From: an uncultured Acidobacteriota bacterium
Lineage (GTDB): Bacteria > Acidobacteriota > Thermoanaerobaculia > Multivoradales > JAHEKO01
Assembly: GCA_963713825.1 (NCBI GenBank)
Contig: CAVQNG010000003.1
Location: 928,001 to 992,000, forward strand
Reading direction: 5' to 3'
Length of the DNA: 64,000 nt
Positions 39,560-51,059 of this stretch are shown in pieces. Numbering within the stretch: the stretch's first letter is position 1; every line of letters starts with the position of its first letter. Position numbers and translations under genes: made by a program. The notes beneath the pieces are model-generated. The model was not told where the DNA came from and ran no database searches. It saw only the letters and a program-made list of their open reading frames with translations.

Positions 39560-41029
39560 CTACTGGTCAGATGTTAACGGCCCGCTGACCCATTCGAGCA
39601 CACGGGCTTCTTGATAGTCGTAGAAGGGGTTGTGGCGTAGGCGCATCAGCCAGTCGGCGGGAAATCTCAAGAGATTGCGCTCGCCGCGGACGTCCAGGTG
39701 GCCGAGGAAGATCACCTCGTCGCTGGGTGCCGGGCCGCGACCATACAAAGGGTCGTCTGGAGGGAATGGAAGCGCGACATGCGACAGCGAGATCATGCCC
39801 GCAGGCCAAGAGGTACCCAGTGGCGCGGTAGAGATCTCAGAAGACATCGGCGCCTTGCTGCGAGTGACGACCCCGAAGCTCTCCTCGTCCTCGTTGGTAA
39901 TCAGCGTCAGAGCAAAGGGCAGGCCGCCATCGGCCATGAGACGTGCGGTCAGTGGCCCCGGATCCGATACCAGAACCGACTTGGCGATGCGACGGCGGTT
40001 GATGTCGTAGAGGACGAGCTCATGTCGGCCGGGAGCCAGGTGCTGCAGGAGGTTGTCAATGACGGCGTCGACCGAAACGGTCGCGTCGACTGCCGACAAG
40101 AACGACAGGGTGGGGGGAAAATCCTCGATCAGGCCGTCCGCGGCACGCTCCTCCATGGCTCTCGCCACTCGGCGGGTCAGGCGGAAGACCATGTCCCCGG
40201 CATTGGTGGTGAAGGAGTTGTACTTGAAAGGGTCGTACTCCGGTTGAATGCCGGTCCAGGCCAGCTTCTCGAGTCCGGGCAGGACAGCCATCCTGCCTTG
40301 CCACTTGGCCAGCGCTGCTGCCCGACTCACACCAATTGCGGGTGAGAGCAAGACCAGGCTACTCGGTGTCGGTGTGGCTGTTCCGTCCAGAGCTTCGAGA
40401 GTGAAGTTCAGTGCCAGTGGAGCCCCGTTCGAGTAGCCGATGATGTGAACCCTGTCCGGTCCGACTTTCGTTTCCAGATGACTCATTCCGAGCCGAACCG
40501 CGGCGGCCATGTCTTCCCACTTGGCGGTCTTGAATCCGGAAGGTGCCGTGCCGTGACCGGGAAGCCGGAGCCCTACCACCCAGAAGCCGTGTTGGTTGAG
40601 CACCTCACCAAGAGCACGGAGACTGTAGGGCGAGTCCGACATACCGTGCAGGAGAAGCACTCCACCAGCAGGCTCGGCGGCAGGCAGCTCGAAGCTGCGG
40701 TTCCAGTTGCGGTCCCAGCGTTGTGGGTCCGAACGACTGCCTGCACTGTAGCGAACGAGCTCGTTGTCCGAGCCGGTCTCGACGTGAGCGTAGACCTTCT
40801 CTTCCAGCTGGGCGAACAGCTTCTCCTCCAGCTTCAGGTAGTCGTCGAAGCTCGAGATCTCGTCCGAGCGACCTGCTGTGAACTCGGCGGTCAGCTTCTC
40901 GGTGTGCCAGGGTTCGAGGCGGGGGCCACTGCGTATCGAGTGGATGTAGAGTGCCACCACTCCCAGGACGAAGCCGGAGATTGCCACCAGAAGGTAGAGT
41001 CCCGCGCGCTTGGCTTTGGATGGGATCAC
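39560..41029 (-). CDS. Membrane-anchored alpha/beta hydrolase (esterase/lipase-like)
   Basis: LLHGMSDSPY, RLPGHGT, IGYSNGA; GTGA overlap with upstream stop. Confidence 0.85.
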   Translation of the reverse strand: MIPSKAKRAGLYLLVAISGFVLGVVALYIHSIRSGPRLEPWHTEKLTAEFTAGRSDEISSFDDYLKLEEKLFAQLEEKVYAHVETGSDNELVRYSAGSRSDPQRWDRNWNRSFELPAAEPAGGVLLLHGMSDSPYSLRALGEVLNQHGFWVVGLRLPGHGTAPSGFKTAKWEDMAAAVRLGMSHLETKVGPDRVHIIGYSNGAPLALNFTLEALDGTATPTPSSLVLLSPAIGVSRAAALAKWQGRMAVLPGLEKLAWTGIQPEYDPFKYNSFTTNAGDMVFRLTRRVARAMEERAADGLIEDFPPTLSFLSAVDATVSVDAVIDNLLQHLAPGRHELVLYDINRRRIAKSVLVSDPGPLTARLMADGGLPFALTLITNEDEESFGVVTRSKAPMSSEISTAPLGTSWPAGMISLSHVALPFPPDDPLYGRGPAPSDEVIFLGHLDVRGERNLLRFPADWLMRLRHNPFYDYQEARVLEWVSGPLTSDQ

Positions 41030-42096
41030 TGCCTGTCCTCCTCGCTGATTTCCCAATAGGTGAGATCGTTCAACGTTTCCGATCGCAGACCAGGTCTTTC
41101 TGCCGCACTCTGGCCCGTGCTCAGGAGCAGCTCGAGGTCGGCGGCTACCGTGGGGTGAAAGAAGAAGTACTCATGCCCCAGGATCTGGTAGCGGCCGGCC
41201 GGCGTTACATCGATCGTCTCCATTCCGGGAGCGACCGTCAGAAGCTTCCCCGCCTGGCCCAGGCGGGGAGACCCGTTCAGCCGTCGAGAGACCTTGAGGG
41301 GTGTGTCATTGCTGGAGGCGTAGAGGGTGATGCTCTCGGCCATCGGTTCGAGTCGGGGTAGAAGCTCGATAAAGGTCTGGGAGTCGATATCGGGTGCGAG
41401 AAGCACCCACCGGTTGACGACAGGCTGCGCGGCGGAGCTCGCCGCCAACTCCTCCAAGGTCAACATCATCCCGCGAGCCCCCAAGCTGTGGGACAGGACG
41501 TGGACATTCTCGGAGCCGAATCGATCGGAGAGCTGCGCGAGCATCTCTGCGAGAAACGGCACGCTCGACTCGAGGTCCGCCACGTCGGATGCATACTCGG
41601 TGGCGTTCCCGTTCGATGGCCAGCTGAGCAGGAGAACCGTGGCCTCGCCTTCGAGAGCCCTCTGGATCTCCACCGCCCGCCGACAGCCCCGCTTGAAGTC
41701 GTAGCTGTAGCCGTGCACGAAGATCACGATGCCACCCGTGGAGGTGCCGTCGACCGCGGCTGAGAGTCGCTCCCAGTGGACCTCTGGATCCTCGTGGGCC
41801 TCGATCTGCATCTTGCTGGTTTCGCTCGGGACGTAGAACGGGACCTTGGGCGCAACGTCGTCCAGGATGGGAATGGGCTTAAACTCGGCCTCACAGGTAC
41901 CGAAACTGGGGTTGCCCGGCTCTCCTCCGAAACGCACGAGATCGGGGTCTTCGGTCTCCTTCTGCGCCCGGTTCGTGGCAAAGAAGATGCTGGCAGTGGC
42001 GGCCTCCGGGACTTCCGGTTCCTGAGCCCGGGCTGTATGAGGCAACAGAAGCCAAACCAGGGCGAGAATCTGGGCCGCGAGTCGGTAGAGATTCAT
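41026..42096 (-). CDS. DUF900-family alpha/beta hydrolase, exported
   Basis: FFATNR, IFVHGY, LSWPS, LSHSLGAR, LAPDID, LYASSND..RLG. Confidence 0.88.
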   Translation of the reverse strand: MNLYRLAAQILALVWLLLPHTARAQEPEVPEAATASIFFATNRAQKETEDPDLVRFGGEPGNPSFGTCEAEFKPIPILDDVAPKVPFYVPSETSKMQIEAHEDPEVHWERLSAAVDGTSTGGIVIFVHGYSYDFKRGCRRAVEIQRALEGEATVLLLSWPSNGNATEYASDVADLESSVPFLAEMLAQLSDRFGSENVHVLSHSLGARGMMLTLEELAASSAAQPVVNRWVLLAPDIDSQTFIELLPRLEPMAESITLYASSNDTPLKVSRRLNGSPRLGQAGKLLTVAPGMETIDVTPAGRYQILGHEYFFFHPTVAADLELLLSTGQSAAERPGLRSETLNDLTYWEISEEDRQ

Positions 42097-42904
42097 TGGC
42101 TACCACTGGCGGCGACTCGAACCGCGAGCTTCTCGAGCTCCTCGAGCGAAGATGGCGGCTCGACCATACCCGGGCCATCGGGAGCGAGTACTTGCCGGGT
42201 GGCAAGGTCGTAGACTCCGAATGCCACTCCGCAGTCGGACGCCATCGAGCCCCGGAGAACCTGCTCGAGAGTCATGGCAGCGATGGCGGCGTTGATCACC
42301 TCGGTCACGGCTACGAGTCGAGATCGATATCTCGTGTCCTCGGTCGGCGTGACCCCGTGCTCCCTCAGCGCCTTGGCTGCTGTCCGCACCGCGACGAAGA
42401 TGTGTTCCACAACCGAGCGCAGTCCGAGTGTATGGGTCATCAGTGGAGAGTGAGCTGGGTCGAGATAGGCCTCGACGGCGGCGTCGACTGCGCCACAGCC
42501 GGTATGTCCGAGAACGACCATCAGCTTCACGCTTTCCTTGAGGTGCTGCACGGCAAGTCGAGGCTGCCTACAGATTCGTTGCATACGACATTGCCTGCGA
42601 GGCGAACCACGAAGAGCTCATTGAGGGGCTCGAAGAAGAGGAGCTCCGTCGGAACGCGAGCATCTGAACAGGAGAGGACGGCCGCAAACGGCTGATGCTC
42701 AGGGGTTTTGCCTATCTCACTGGGAAGCAACTCCTCGAGGTTGCTGGGCACCACCAGGCTCTGCGAATCCGATGAGTCGTCCGACCACAGGCTCGAGAAC
42801 CGAGTGTTGCCCTCGATGAGTCGGCGACGAGCCTGCTCAGCGTTGGTCGGGCGCTCCAGTCCGTCCTTCCGACTGGGGTCATGCTGGAATACGATCTCGA
42901 ACAC
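42093..42904 (-). CDS. Beta-class carbonic anhydrase (frameshift near 42556)
   Basis: LIEGNTRF, VLSCSDARVP, VVRLAGN in one frame; VLGHTGCGAV in the next. Confidence 0.88.
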
Positions 42905-43001
42905 TCTAGTACCTCCAAGACAATCTCGTTGTCGACTGGGTCAGGGTAGCAGTGCTCATCCGGAGCCTCAATACTGCGCCACCTTCTGGGGCCAATGTGG
43001 A

Positions 43002-43055
43002 ATGGACCCCAGGGGGCTTTCCTCCCTTCCGCTGCAAGAACCCCCTGGGATCCAT
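43002..43055. other. Intergenic inverted repeat
   Basis: ATGGACCCCAGGGGG...CCCCCTGGGATCCAT (one mismatch). Confidence 0.55.
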
Positions 43056-43086
43056 CCCACGATTGACCCTGGTTGAGAGCGGCCAG

Positions 43087-43280
43087 TGGGAAGCGAGAAG
43101 TGGGAAGTGAGAAATGAGACGTGGGTAGTGGGCCGTGAGGGAGGGGGCTTCACTGTTCAAGGAACGGCCGGCAGAGGCACCGGCCGCTTCAATCCTCAGG
43201 GATCAGCCGAGGGCACGACGGCTGATCCACCCTCAAGACCCCACGACCTGGGACCCAAGCCCCAGGACCTCACCTTCCCG
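43087..43280. repeat. Heptamer tandem repeats flanking a 34-bp REP-like palindrome
   Basis: TGGGAAG CGAGAAG TGGGAAG TGAGAAA TGAGACG TGGGTAG..; core GAACGGCCGGCAGAGGCACCGGCCGCTTCAATCC at 43162-43195; C-rich heptamers after. Confidence 0.65.
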
Positions 43281-43283
43281 TCC

Positions 43284-43325
43284 TTGACATTCGGCCTCTG
43301 ATCCATATGCTTGTAATATGCAACT
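43284..43325 (+). promoter_or_regulatory. Sigma70-like promoter of marR with overlapping putative operator (leaderless start)
   Basis: TTGACA 43284-43289, 16-bp spacer, TATGCT 43306-43311; ATG 7 nt later; TTG-N7-CAA dyad at 43311-43323. Confidence 0.55.
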
Positions 43326-43827
43326 AAATACTCCGACGCTGCGATTGGCCTATCTGACCTCTTCCCTGGTCCGGAAATTGCGCCTGCTGGAGCGTCAGGA
43401 GATGGCCTGCTGTGGTGTTCCTGTCTCTCAGGCGATGGTGCTCCAGGCTCTGCACAAGAGCGGGGGATCACTGCGAATGGGAGATGTGGCTGCGCTTCTG
43501 GGTGTCGTTCAGAGCACCGCCACTCGACTGGTGGAGCCATTGGTCGAACAGGAGTGCGTGCGCCGTGAACCGGCGCCGGAGGATGGGAGGGTCGTGATGA
43601 TCGCTCTTACCCCCAAGGGTTTGCGTTGGGCCGAGGATGCGCTTGCCAGCTCGTTGCGCTGGAGCGAGGACGTGCTTGCACGGATTCCAGAGGCGCGACG
43701 CTCCGAGGTCCTCGACGCCCTGGAAGCGTTGGTGGGGGCGGTCGATGAGTGCTGCAGCGGAAGCGATGGCGAAGCGAGCTGTGATGAAGTCGGAATGACG
43801 TGCGCCCAGGTGACGCGGGGAGCCTGA
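43318..43827 (+). CDS. Cys-rich MarR-family regulator, probably arsenic-responsive
   Basis: MACCGVPVSQAMVL, LGVVQSTATRLV, EDGRVVMIALTPKG, DECCSG..SC..TC. Confidence 0.85.
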   Translation: MQLNTPTLRLAYLTSSLVRKLRLLERQEMACCGVPVSQAMVLQALHKSGGSLRMGDVAALLGVVQSTATRLVEPLVEQECVRREPAPEDGRVVMIALTPKGLRWAEDALASSLRWSEDVLARIPEARRSEVLDALEALVGAVDECCSGSDGEASCDEVGMTCAQVTRGA

Positions 43828-43843
43828 ACGAGAGGACTTGGAT

Positions 43844-44709
<866 letters not shown>

Positions 44710-44738
<29 letters not shown>

Positions 44739-46384
44739 CCTTACATTTCTGTCTAGGCGACTGTTCGCCGGGCTGGCACTGACTGCCGGCCTGGCGTTGT
44801 TCGCCTGTCAACCGGGAGCCGTCGAGGAGGAAAGCAGGGAGGCAAGCGTGCGAGCGCCACCAGAGGGTACCCCGAGGCTCGTGCTCCTACTGGTCGTGGA
44901 TCAGTTCAGCGCCGATGATTTGGAGCGGATCGCCCCGCTCTTCACCGGCGGTTTCCGCACCCTTCTGGATCGAGGGGTGATCTTCACTCAGGCCCATCAC
45001 GCCCACGCCCTCACGGAGACTGCTCCCGGGCATGCCACTCTCGCTACCGGGAGCTTCCCGCGTCACCATGGCATCGTCAGCAATCGGTGGATCGAAGAGG
45101 GCCACCTGGTGAGCCGATATGCCATCGACGACGATCTCTACGACGAGTCACCACGGGAGCTCGAGAGGAGGACTCTGGGGGACTGGATCAAGGCCAGTTA
45201 CCCGGAAGTCCAAGGTCTTCTCGGCCAGCGGCAAGGATCGGGCAGCCATCCTCATGGGCGGGATGGAGGCCGACGGCGCGTTCTGGTACGACGAGGAGAT
45301 CGGTGGATACGAGACCTCGGAGTACTACGTCGAGCCGGAATGGCTCGACAGCTTCAACGACCAGAGGATTCTCGATGCGCGGTTCGGTCAGATGTGGAAG
45401 CCTCTGCCGCTGACAGCCGAAGCCATTGAGGATCTTCAGCTACAGAAACTCGGATTCGGGCCCCTTCTCAACGAATTACCCATGTCCATCGGTCGGCCGC
45501 GGCCCACACCCGATGACAGCTTTTACTCTGCGGCGCGCGACTCGCCTTGGTGGGACGAGTATTTGGCTCAATTCGCCCGTCATCTTGTCGAGGCCGAGGA
45601 CCTGGGAATGGATAACAGCCCAGATCTACTGGCCCTGAGCTTCTCGACACCCGACTACGTGGGACACGATCACGGGCCGCACAGTCGGGAATACGTCGAT
45701 GTCCTCCTGCGATTGGATCGCACTGTGGGTGAACTGTTGGATTTCATCGATGAGCGGGTGGGACTCGAGAACACGATCCTGGGATGGAGCGCCGACCACG
45801 GGGTGGTGCCGGTACCCGAGGTGCGCCATGACCAAGGTCTGGCCGGTCGACGGGTAACCTCGGAGACGGTTCTCTGTCTGCAACGCGTAGGCGGGCAACT
45901 TGCGGACAGGCATGGCGTGGAGAGTTGGTTGATCACGGGACCAAGATTGGCCCCTGGCTTGGTCGAGGCGACTGGTCGAGCGCGGCCAGATTTGGAGGAG
46001 GAGACCGCTCAGTTGCTCGAACAGTGTCCTGCGGTCGAGGCTGTCTGGACCGGGTCAGAGCTGCTTCAGGACATCGACGACAGCGATAGTGCTCGCTGGT
46101 TGTACGCAAATAGCTACTACCCTGAGCGAAGCCCGGATTTCCTGATTCAATTCGAGGAGTACTTCATGCCGACGGTGGGCTACGTCACGACTCACGGTTC
46201 GCCGTATGCCTACGACACTCACGTTCCTTTCGTTGTCCTGGCTCCGGGCTTGAAGCCCGAGACGCTGGATGTTCCCGCACGAACGGTCGATCTGGCCCCG
46301 ACGCTGGCCAACTTGTTGGGAATCCCGATTCCGGAAGAAGTCGATGGCCGGCCCCTTGTCGAGGCCGCGACTCCCTCTCCCTGA
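44710..46384 (+). CDS. PafA-type alkaline phosphatase lipoprotein (frameshift near 45205; start uncertain)
   Basis: LFAC lipobox; VVDQF, TETAPGHATLATG, KDRAAILMGG, DYVGHDHGP, SADHG, THGSPYAYDTHVP. Confidence 0.88.
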
Positions 46385-46436
46385 TCTGCCCGCCCGCCCA
46401 TCCGGCTCGGGGCTTGGGTCCGGGGTAACAGTGGCA

Positions 46437-46570
46437 TAGGACAGTAGGGGCCTAGGGGCGTAAGGGCTTAGGGATACTGGGGTTTGGGCCTTTGGTCCCC
46501 CCAAGTCCTCAAAGAACGGCCGGCAGAGGCGCCGGCCGCCTCAACCCCCAAGCCCTCAAAGGCCGGCCGG
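46437..46570. repeat. Octamer tandem repeats plus second REP-like palindrome
   Basis: TAGGACAG TAGGGGCC TAGGGGCG TAAGGGCT TAGGGATA..; core at 46514-46547 is 31/34 identical to 43162-43195. Confidence 0.65.
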
Positions 46571-46619
46571 AAGGAACGCCCGGACGGTTCAACCCCAGAG
46601 CGAGCCCGGCACAGCCGGG

Positions 46620-47987
46620 CTACGCGACATAGACCGTCTTGATGTTGACGAACTCGCGGATTCCGAACGAGCCGAGCTCGCGACCGTAGCCTGAGCCCTT
46701 GATGCCCCCGAAGGGCAAGCGCGGGTCCGACTTCACGAAGGCGTTGACGAAGCAGGAGCCGGCTTGCAGTCGCTTCGCTGCGATCTCCTCTCCGCGCGCG
46801 ACATCTCGCGTGAATACCGCCGCCCCCAATCCGAAAGGCGTGTCGTTGGCGACGCGGATGGCCTCCTCTTCATCGGCCACGGGTAGAACAGCGGCCACGG
46901 GTCCGAAGAGCTCTTCCTCGTAGGCGGCCATTCCCGCCGTCACGTCCGTGAGCACGGTCGGAGGATAGAAGGCACCGGGGCCTTCTGGAACCTCGCCTCC
47001 CAGCAGACAGCCTGCTCCGGCCTGGAGACTGCGCTCGACCTGGTCGTGCAACTCGTCGCGTAGGTCGGCGCGTGCCATGGGCCCCACCGCGGTCTCATCC
47101 AGCAGGGGGTCGCCAACATTCTGACGCCCCATGAGCTCTACGAGCCGCTTCTCGAACTCTCCTCGCACCGCATCAGGAACGATGAAGCGCTTGGCCGCGA
47201 TGCAGCTCTGACCCGTGTTGAGAATGCGGCCAGTCACACAGGCTGCCACTGCGAGTTCGAGATCGGCATCCTCGAGAATCACGTAGGGGTCGCTACCTCC
47301 CAACTCCAGGACGGTCTTCTTCAGAAGGGATCCAGCCAGCGCGGCGACTTTGCGACCGGCCGGCGTGCTGCCCGTGAGAGTCACCGCCGCGACTCGCGGA
47401 TGCTCGATGGCGACACTGGCTGTCCGGCTACCGAGGACCAGGGTGCGAAAGGCGCCTTCGGGAGCTCCAGCCTCCCGGAAGAGGTCCTCGATGGCGAGAG
47501 CACAACCCTGCACGTTGCTCGCGTGCTTGAGAGCCGCCGTGTTGCCGGCCATCAGCGCCGGAGCCGCGAAACGCAGCACCTGCCAGAACGGGAAGTTCCA
47601 GGGCATCACCGCCAGGACGACGCCCAAGGGCTCGAAGCAGACGTAACTCTTGGTGGCATCTGTCTCGACGATCTCGGGCGAGAGATGAGTCTCGGCATTG
47701 TCCGCGTAGTAGTCGCAAACCCAGGCGCACTTGTCGACTTCGGCCCGGGCCTGGGTGATCGGCTTGCCCATCTCGAGCGTCATGAGCTCGGCGAGTCCGT
47801 CTCGACGGTCGCGAAGAAGACCACCGACCCGTTTCAGAAGCCTCGCTCGGTGCTGGAAGTCGGTGCGGCTCCACTCGAGGAAGGTGTCATGGCAGGTGAC
47901 GAGAATTTCTTCCACCTCGTCAGGGGTCATCTCTTCGTACGTGGCGATCCGCTCGCCAGAAACAGGATTCAGGCTCTCGAGTGTCAT
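46620..47987 (-). CDS. NAD(P)-dependent succinate-semialdehyde dehydrogenase (Sad/GabD1 type)
   Basis: VMPWNFPFWQ, LKHAS, LTGST, LELGGSDP, GQSCIAAKR, EELFGP, PFGGIKGSGYGRE. Confidence 0.9.
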   Translation of the reverse strand: MTLESLNPVSGERIATYEEMTPDEVEEILVTCHDTFLEWSRTDFQHRARLLKRVGGLLRDRRDGLAELMTLEMGKPITQARAEVDKCAWVCDYYADNAETHLSPEIVETDATKSYVCFEPLGVVLAVMPWNFPFWQVLRFAAPALMAGNTAALKHASNVQGCALAIEDLFREAGAPEGAFRTLVLGSRTASVAIEHPRVAAVTLTGSTPAGRKVAALAGSLLKKTVLELGGSDPYVILEDADLELAVAACVTGRILNTGQSCIAAKRFIVPDAVRGEFEKRLVELMGRQNVGDPLLDETAVGPMARADLRDELHDQVERSLQAGAGCLLGGEVPEGPGAFYPPTVLTDVTAGMAAYEEELFGPVAAVLPVADEEEAIRVANDTPFGLGAAVFTRDVARGEEIAAKRLQAGSCFVNAFVKSDPRLPFGGIKGSGYGRELGSFGIREFVNIKTVYVA

Positions 47988-48003
47988 CGGAATTCCCCGC
48001 TTG

Positions 48004-48888
48004 CTAGAGGATCATGGCGATCGCCAGGCAGAGGGCGAGCACCGTGTTGGTGGTCAGGTTCCAGATCACATTGGCGCCGAGCGCCGGCAGAGGTACTGGT
48101 TCGAGCGGTGTGGTGAGGGCCCATCGGCTCGGTCCGATCAGCGCCAGACTAGGCAGGCAGGCCAGAAGACAGAGGACGGGCAGGGAACCGATAGCCACCG
48201 CGGCAAGAAGGCAGAGCGGCACCGCCCACCCGAACACTACATAAGTTCGTGCGGCGCCAACACGCCCCATGAGACGCACCAGGTTCCTGCGCCCGCCTTC
48301 CTGATCAGCTTCCTCGTCGGGGAACTCGTTGAGCAGAAGGAGATTGAAAGTCATGAAGAACGGCGGGATCGAGGCTGCCACGGCCACGGCCCCCAGCTCG
48401 CCACCTTGAACCATGGAGGTGCCCAGGACGGGAAGGGTCCCCAACCCGAGACCAGCGAAGATCTCACCGACGTAGGCCCGGGAGAGCAGGTCGCTGTAGC
48501 CCAGCACGCTGACGGCGCCCAGCACGAAGATCGGCAGCAACATCAAGCCAAACTGTGAGAAGAAGTAGATGCCGATTACCAGACCCAGAATAGCCGCTCC
48601 GAGGCCCAGGTAGAGGGCCGCGCTGGCCGGGAGAGCCCCGGACGGCAGAGTGCCGCTACCCCCACTGAACGGGGTGCGCTCGGTGGCCAGGTCGATACCA
48701 CGTCGGAAGTCGCTGTACTCGTTCAGCGAATTGACCGATACGTGCATGGCGGTAAGGCCGATGAGGGCCAGGAGCGTGTTGACCAGATCGAAGGCGCCAT
48801 CGTGGGCCCCCGCCGCCGCACCTACCGCCACCAGAGTCACCGGTAGCAGTAGGAATTTGGCGCGAGCGATGCCGAGGAAAGCCTTCAT
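48004..48888 (-). CDS. UbiA-superfamily prenyltransferase (MenA-like)
   Basis: NSLNEYSDFRRGID..TPFSGGSG; LNEFPDEEADQEGGRR; many TMs. Confidence 0.87.
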   Translation of the reverse strand: MKAFLGIARAKFLLLPVTLVAVGAAAGAHDGAFDLVNTLLALIGLTAMHVSVNSLNEYSDFRRGIDLATERTPFSGGSGTLPSGALPASAALYLGLGAAILGLVIGIYFFSQFGLMLLPIFVLGAVSVLGYSDLLSRAYVGEIFAGLGLGTLPVLGTSMVQGGELGAVAVAASIPPFFMTFNLLLLNEFPDEEADQEGGRRNLVRLMGRVGAARTYVVFGWAVPLCLLAAVAIGSLPVLCLLACLPSLALIGPSRWALTTPLEPVPLPALGANVIWNLTTNTVLALCLAIAMIL

Positions 48889-48915
48889 GAGATGGCTCCA
48901 CGCGGGACGGACCAG

Positions 48916-50034
48916 TTAGTAGTTGGCACCCTCCCACTCATCGCCCAGACAGATACCGAGCTCCCTGGCCGTGCATACGGTGTCCGAGTCCAGGGGAACG
49001 GTCTTCATGCGACTCGTCGCATCGCTCAGGGGGACGGTCTTGACCGTCGGCGGGTCGAGGGCCACCATGACGTTGGTCTGACCCTCCGCCAGGACCCGGA
49101 CCGCAGCTGCCCCGAATCGCAGGGCCAGGATCCGGTCGCGGGCGGTGGGAGTGCCCCCCCGCTGCAGGTGTCCCAGGACCACGTTGCGAGTCTCTTTGCC
49201 GGTGCGTTCGGCGATCTGAAGGGCGACCTGCTCACTGATGCCACCGAGTTGGATCTCCCGGCCCAGCTCTTTGGGGCCCTGGGCCACCATCTCGCCGTCC
49301 ACGGGTCGAGCACCTTCGGCTACCACCACCAGGCTGAAGCGACGCCCCCGCGCTTCGCGGCTCATGATCTTCCGGCAGACGATGTCGATGTCGAACGGAA
49401 TCTCTGGGATGAGGGCCACGTCGGCGCCTCCGGCGATGGCGGAGTGTAAGGCGATCCACCCCGCGTAGCGTCCCATGACCTCGACGGTGAAGACCCGCTC
49501 ATGGGCCTCGGCTGTCGAGTGGAGGCGATCGACGGCTTCGGTGGCCACCATGACAGCCGTGTCGAAGCCGAAGGCGACGACAGTGCCGGCAAGATCGTTG
49601 TCGATGGTCTTGGGCACTCCGACGATCGGGATGCCCTTGTCCGCCAGGCGGTGTGCGATGCGCATCGAGCCATCACCCCCGATGGCGATCATGGCGTCGA
49701 GACCGAGCCGGTGGAAGTTCTCCACCAATTCGTCGGACCGGTCGATCGTGGTCTCGGTGCCATCGGGCAGCTTCAGCGGCATCTCGAACGGGTCGCCCTT
49801 GTTGGCCGTGCCCAGGATCGTGCCCCCCAGGTGCGTGATGCCGCGGACACGACCGTGGTCGAGTATTTCGATCTTGCTGGTGTCGAGCAGCCCGGCGTAA
49901 CCCTTCTGGATACCGACCACCTCCCAGCCTCGCCGGATGCTGGACAGTACGATGGCCCGAAGAACAGCGTTGAGGCCGGGCGCGTCGCCGCCTCCTGTGT
50001 TGACGGCGATGCGGCGGATCTTGTCAGTGGTCAT
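48916..50034 (-). CDS. pfkA: 6-phosphofructokinase
   Basis: TGGGDAPGLNA, GGTILGT, IGGDGS, PKTIDND, VEVMGR, LGHLQRGG. Confidence 0.93.
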   Translation of the reverse strand: MTTDKIRRIAVNTGGGDAPGLNAVLRAIVLSSIRRGWEVVGIQKGYAGLLDTSKIEILDHGRVRGITHLGGTILGTANKGDPFEMPLKLPDGTETTIDRSDELVENFHRLGLDAMIAIGGDGSMRIAHRLADKGIPIVGVPKTIDNDLAGTVVAFGFDTAVMVATEAVDRLHSTAEAHERVFTVEVMGRYAGWIALHSAIAGGADVALIPEIPFDIDIVCRKIMSREARGRRFSLVVVAEGARPVDGEMVAQGPKELGREIQLGGISEQVALQIAERTGKETRNVVLGHLQRGGTPTARDRILALRFGAAAVRVLAEGQTNVMVALDPPTVKTVPLSDATSRMKTVPLDSDTVCTARELGICLGDEWEGANY

Positions 50035-50120
50035 GGAGGCTCCTCTGGGAAGGCGGCAATCAGTGCACGAGTCTATCTCGGTCGCTGCCCTGGGGTAGAG
50101 TGCCGCCCGGAGAGCGAGCC

Positions 50121-50678
50121 ATGTTGGAAGAGCCGAATCGAGAGCGACCCACAGCCGAGCGGGTGGCCTTTGCCTTCCGCCCCTGGGTGCGACGCAGCTG
50201 TCGGAAAGCGATGGTCTGGGGAGTCGGGGTCGTGGCGCTTCTGGGTGGGGTGGCCTGGTTCTTCAAGACCCCGGGCTCCGCACCACTCGGCCGTGCCTTC
50301 GGGGTGCTGCTGTTCTACGGTGTGCTGTTCTGGTTGACGCTTCTCAAGATCTGGTGGACGGCTGGCAAGCCGGCCGTTCTGGTCGGGAGGAACTTCCTTT
50401 CCTACCAACCCCTACACACCTTCCGTGTGCGCCGGATTCCCTATGCTCGCGTGCTCTCCAGTGCCCCTCGCAAGGAGACAGAATCACTGCGCATCGTGCA
50501 CGAGAAGAAGCCCGGACAGGGCCGCGAGTTCTTCCTGAACCTGGCGGTCGTAGACGGACGCCACTCGTTTCTCGACCTGCTCGGCGAGCGCCTCGAATCC
50601 GCCGGCCTCAAACCCGTACCGAACGAGCCCAACACCTGGTCCCGCCCTGGCTGGCACGAGCCGGGGGTAGGGCAATAG
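50121..50678 (+). CDS. Hypothetical membrane protein
   Basis: Two TM segments then soluble domain; divergent from pfkA. Confidence 0.6.
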   Translation: MLEEPNRERPTAERVAFAFRPWVRRSCRKAMVWGVGVVALLGGVAWFFKTPGSAPLGRAFGVLLFYGVLFWLTLLKIWWTAGKPAVLVGRNFLSYQPLHTFRVRRIPYARVLSSAPRKETESLRIVHEKKPGQGREFFLNLAVVDGRHSFLDLLGERLESAGLKPVPNEPNTWSRPGWHEPGVGQ

Positions 50679-50870
50679 GGGCTTAGGGGCTTGAGGGTTG
50701 AGACGGCCGATCGGACCAGGGATCTCCCTCGTCTGCGGCCTCACCCGACCATGCCCCTCCGACGAGGGAGACCCATGGCCCGATCTACCACCCTCGAGAC
50801 ACATTGAGAGTCCGACTGCTGACTCACCCCTTGTGCCCTTGCGCCCCTACTAACCTAAGCCCCTATTGCC
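50671..50870. repeat. 200-bp element bounded by a perfect 17-bp inverted repeat of octamer units
   Basis: GGCAATAGGGGCTTAGG (50671-50687) and CCTAAGCCCCTATTGCC (50854-50870). Confidence 0.7.
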
Positions 50871-50896
50871 TTCAACGGTGCCCGAGGTTCGTTCAG

Positions 50897-51034
50897 GTGG
50901 TTCGTCAGGGGGTGCCGAGTCGAGCGCAGCGCAAGGGCCATCAAAGAGCACAAGAGATGAGGCGCGATGACGAGACAAGGTGGCGGCCCCCCATTGCAGT
51001 CTGAGTAGCCGACGCCGTCCCCCTGCGAACCACT
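50897..51034. repeat. Second inverted-repeat-bounded intergenic element
   Basis: GTGGTTCGTCAGGGGG ... CCCCCTGCGAACCAC (one gap). Confidence 0.5.
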
Positions 51035-51059
51035 CGGACGGGCCTCTGCAAGAGAGTAG

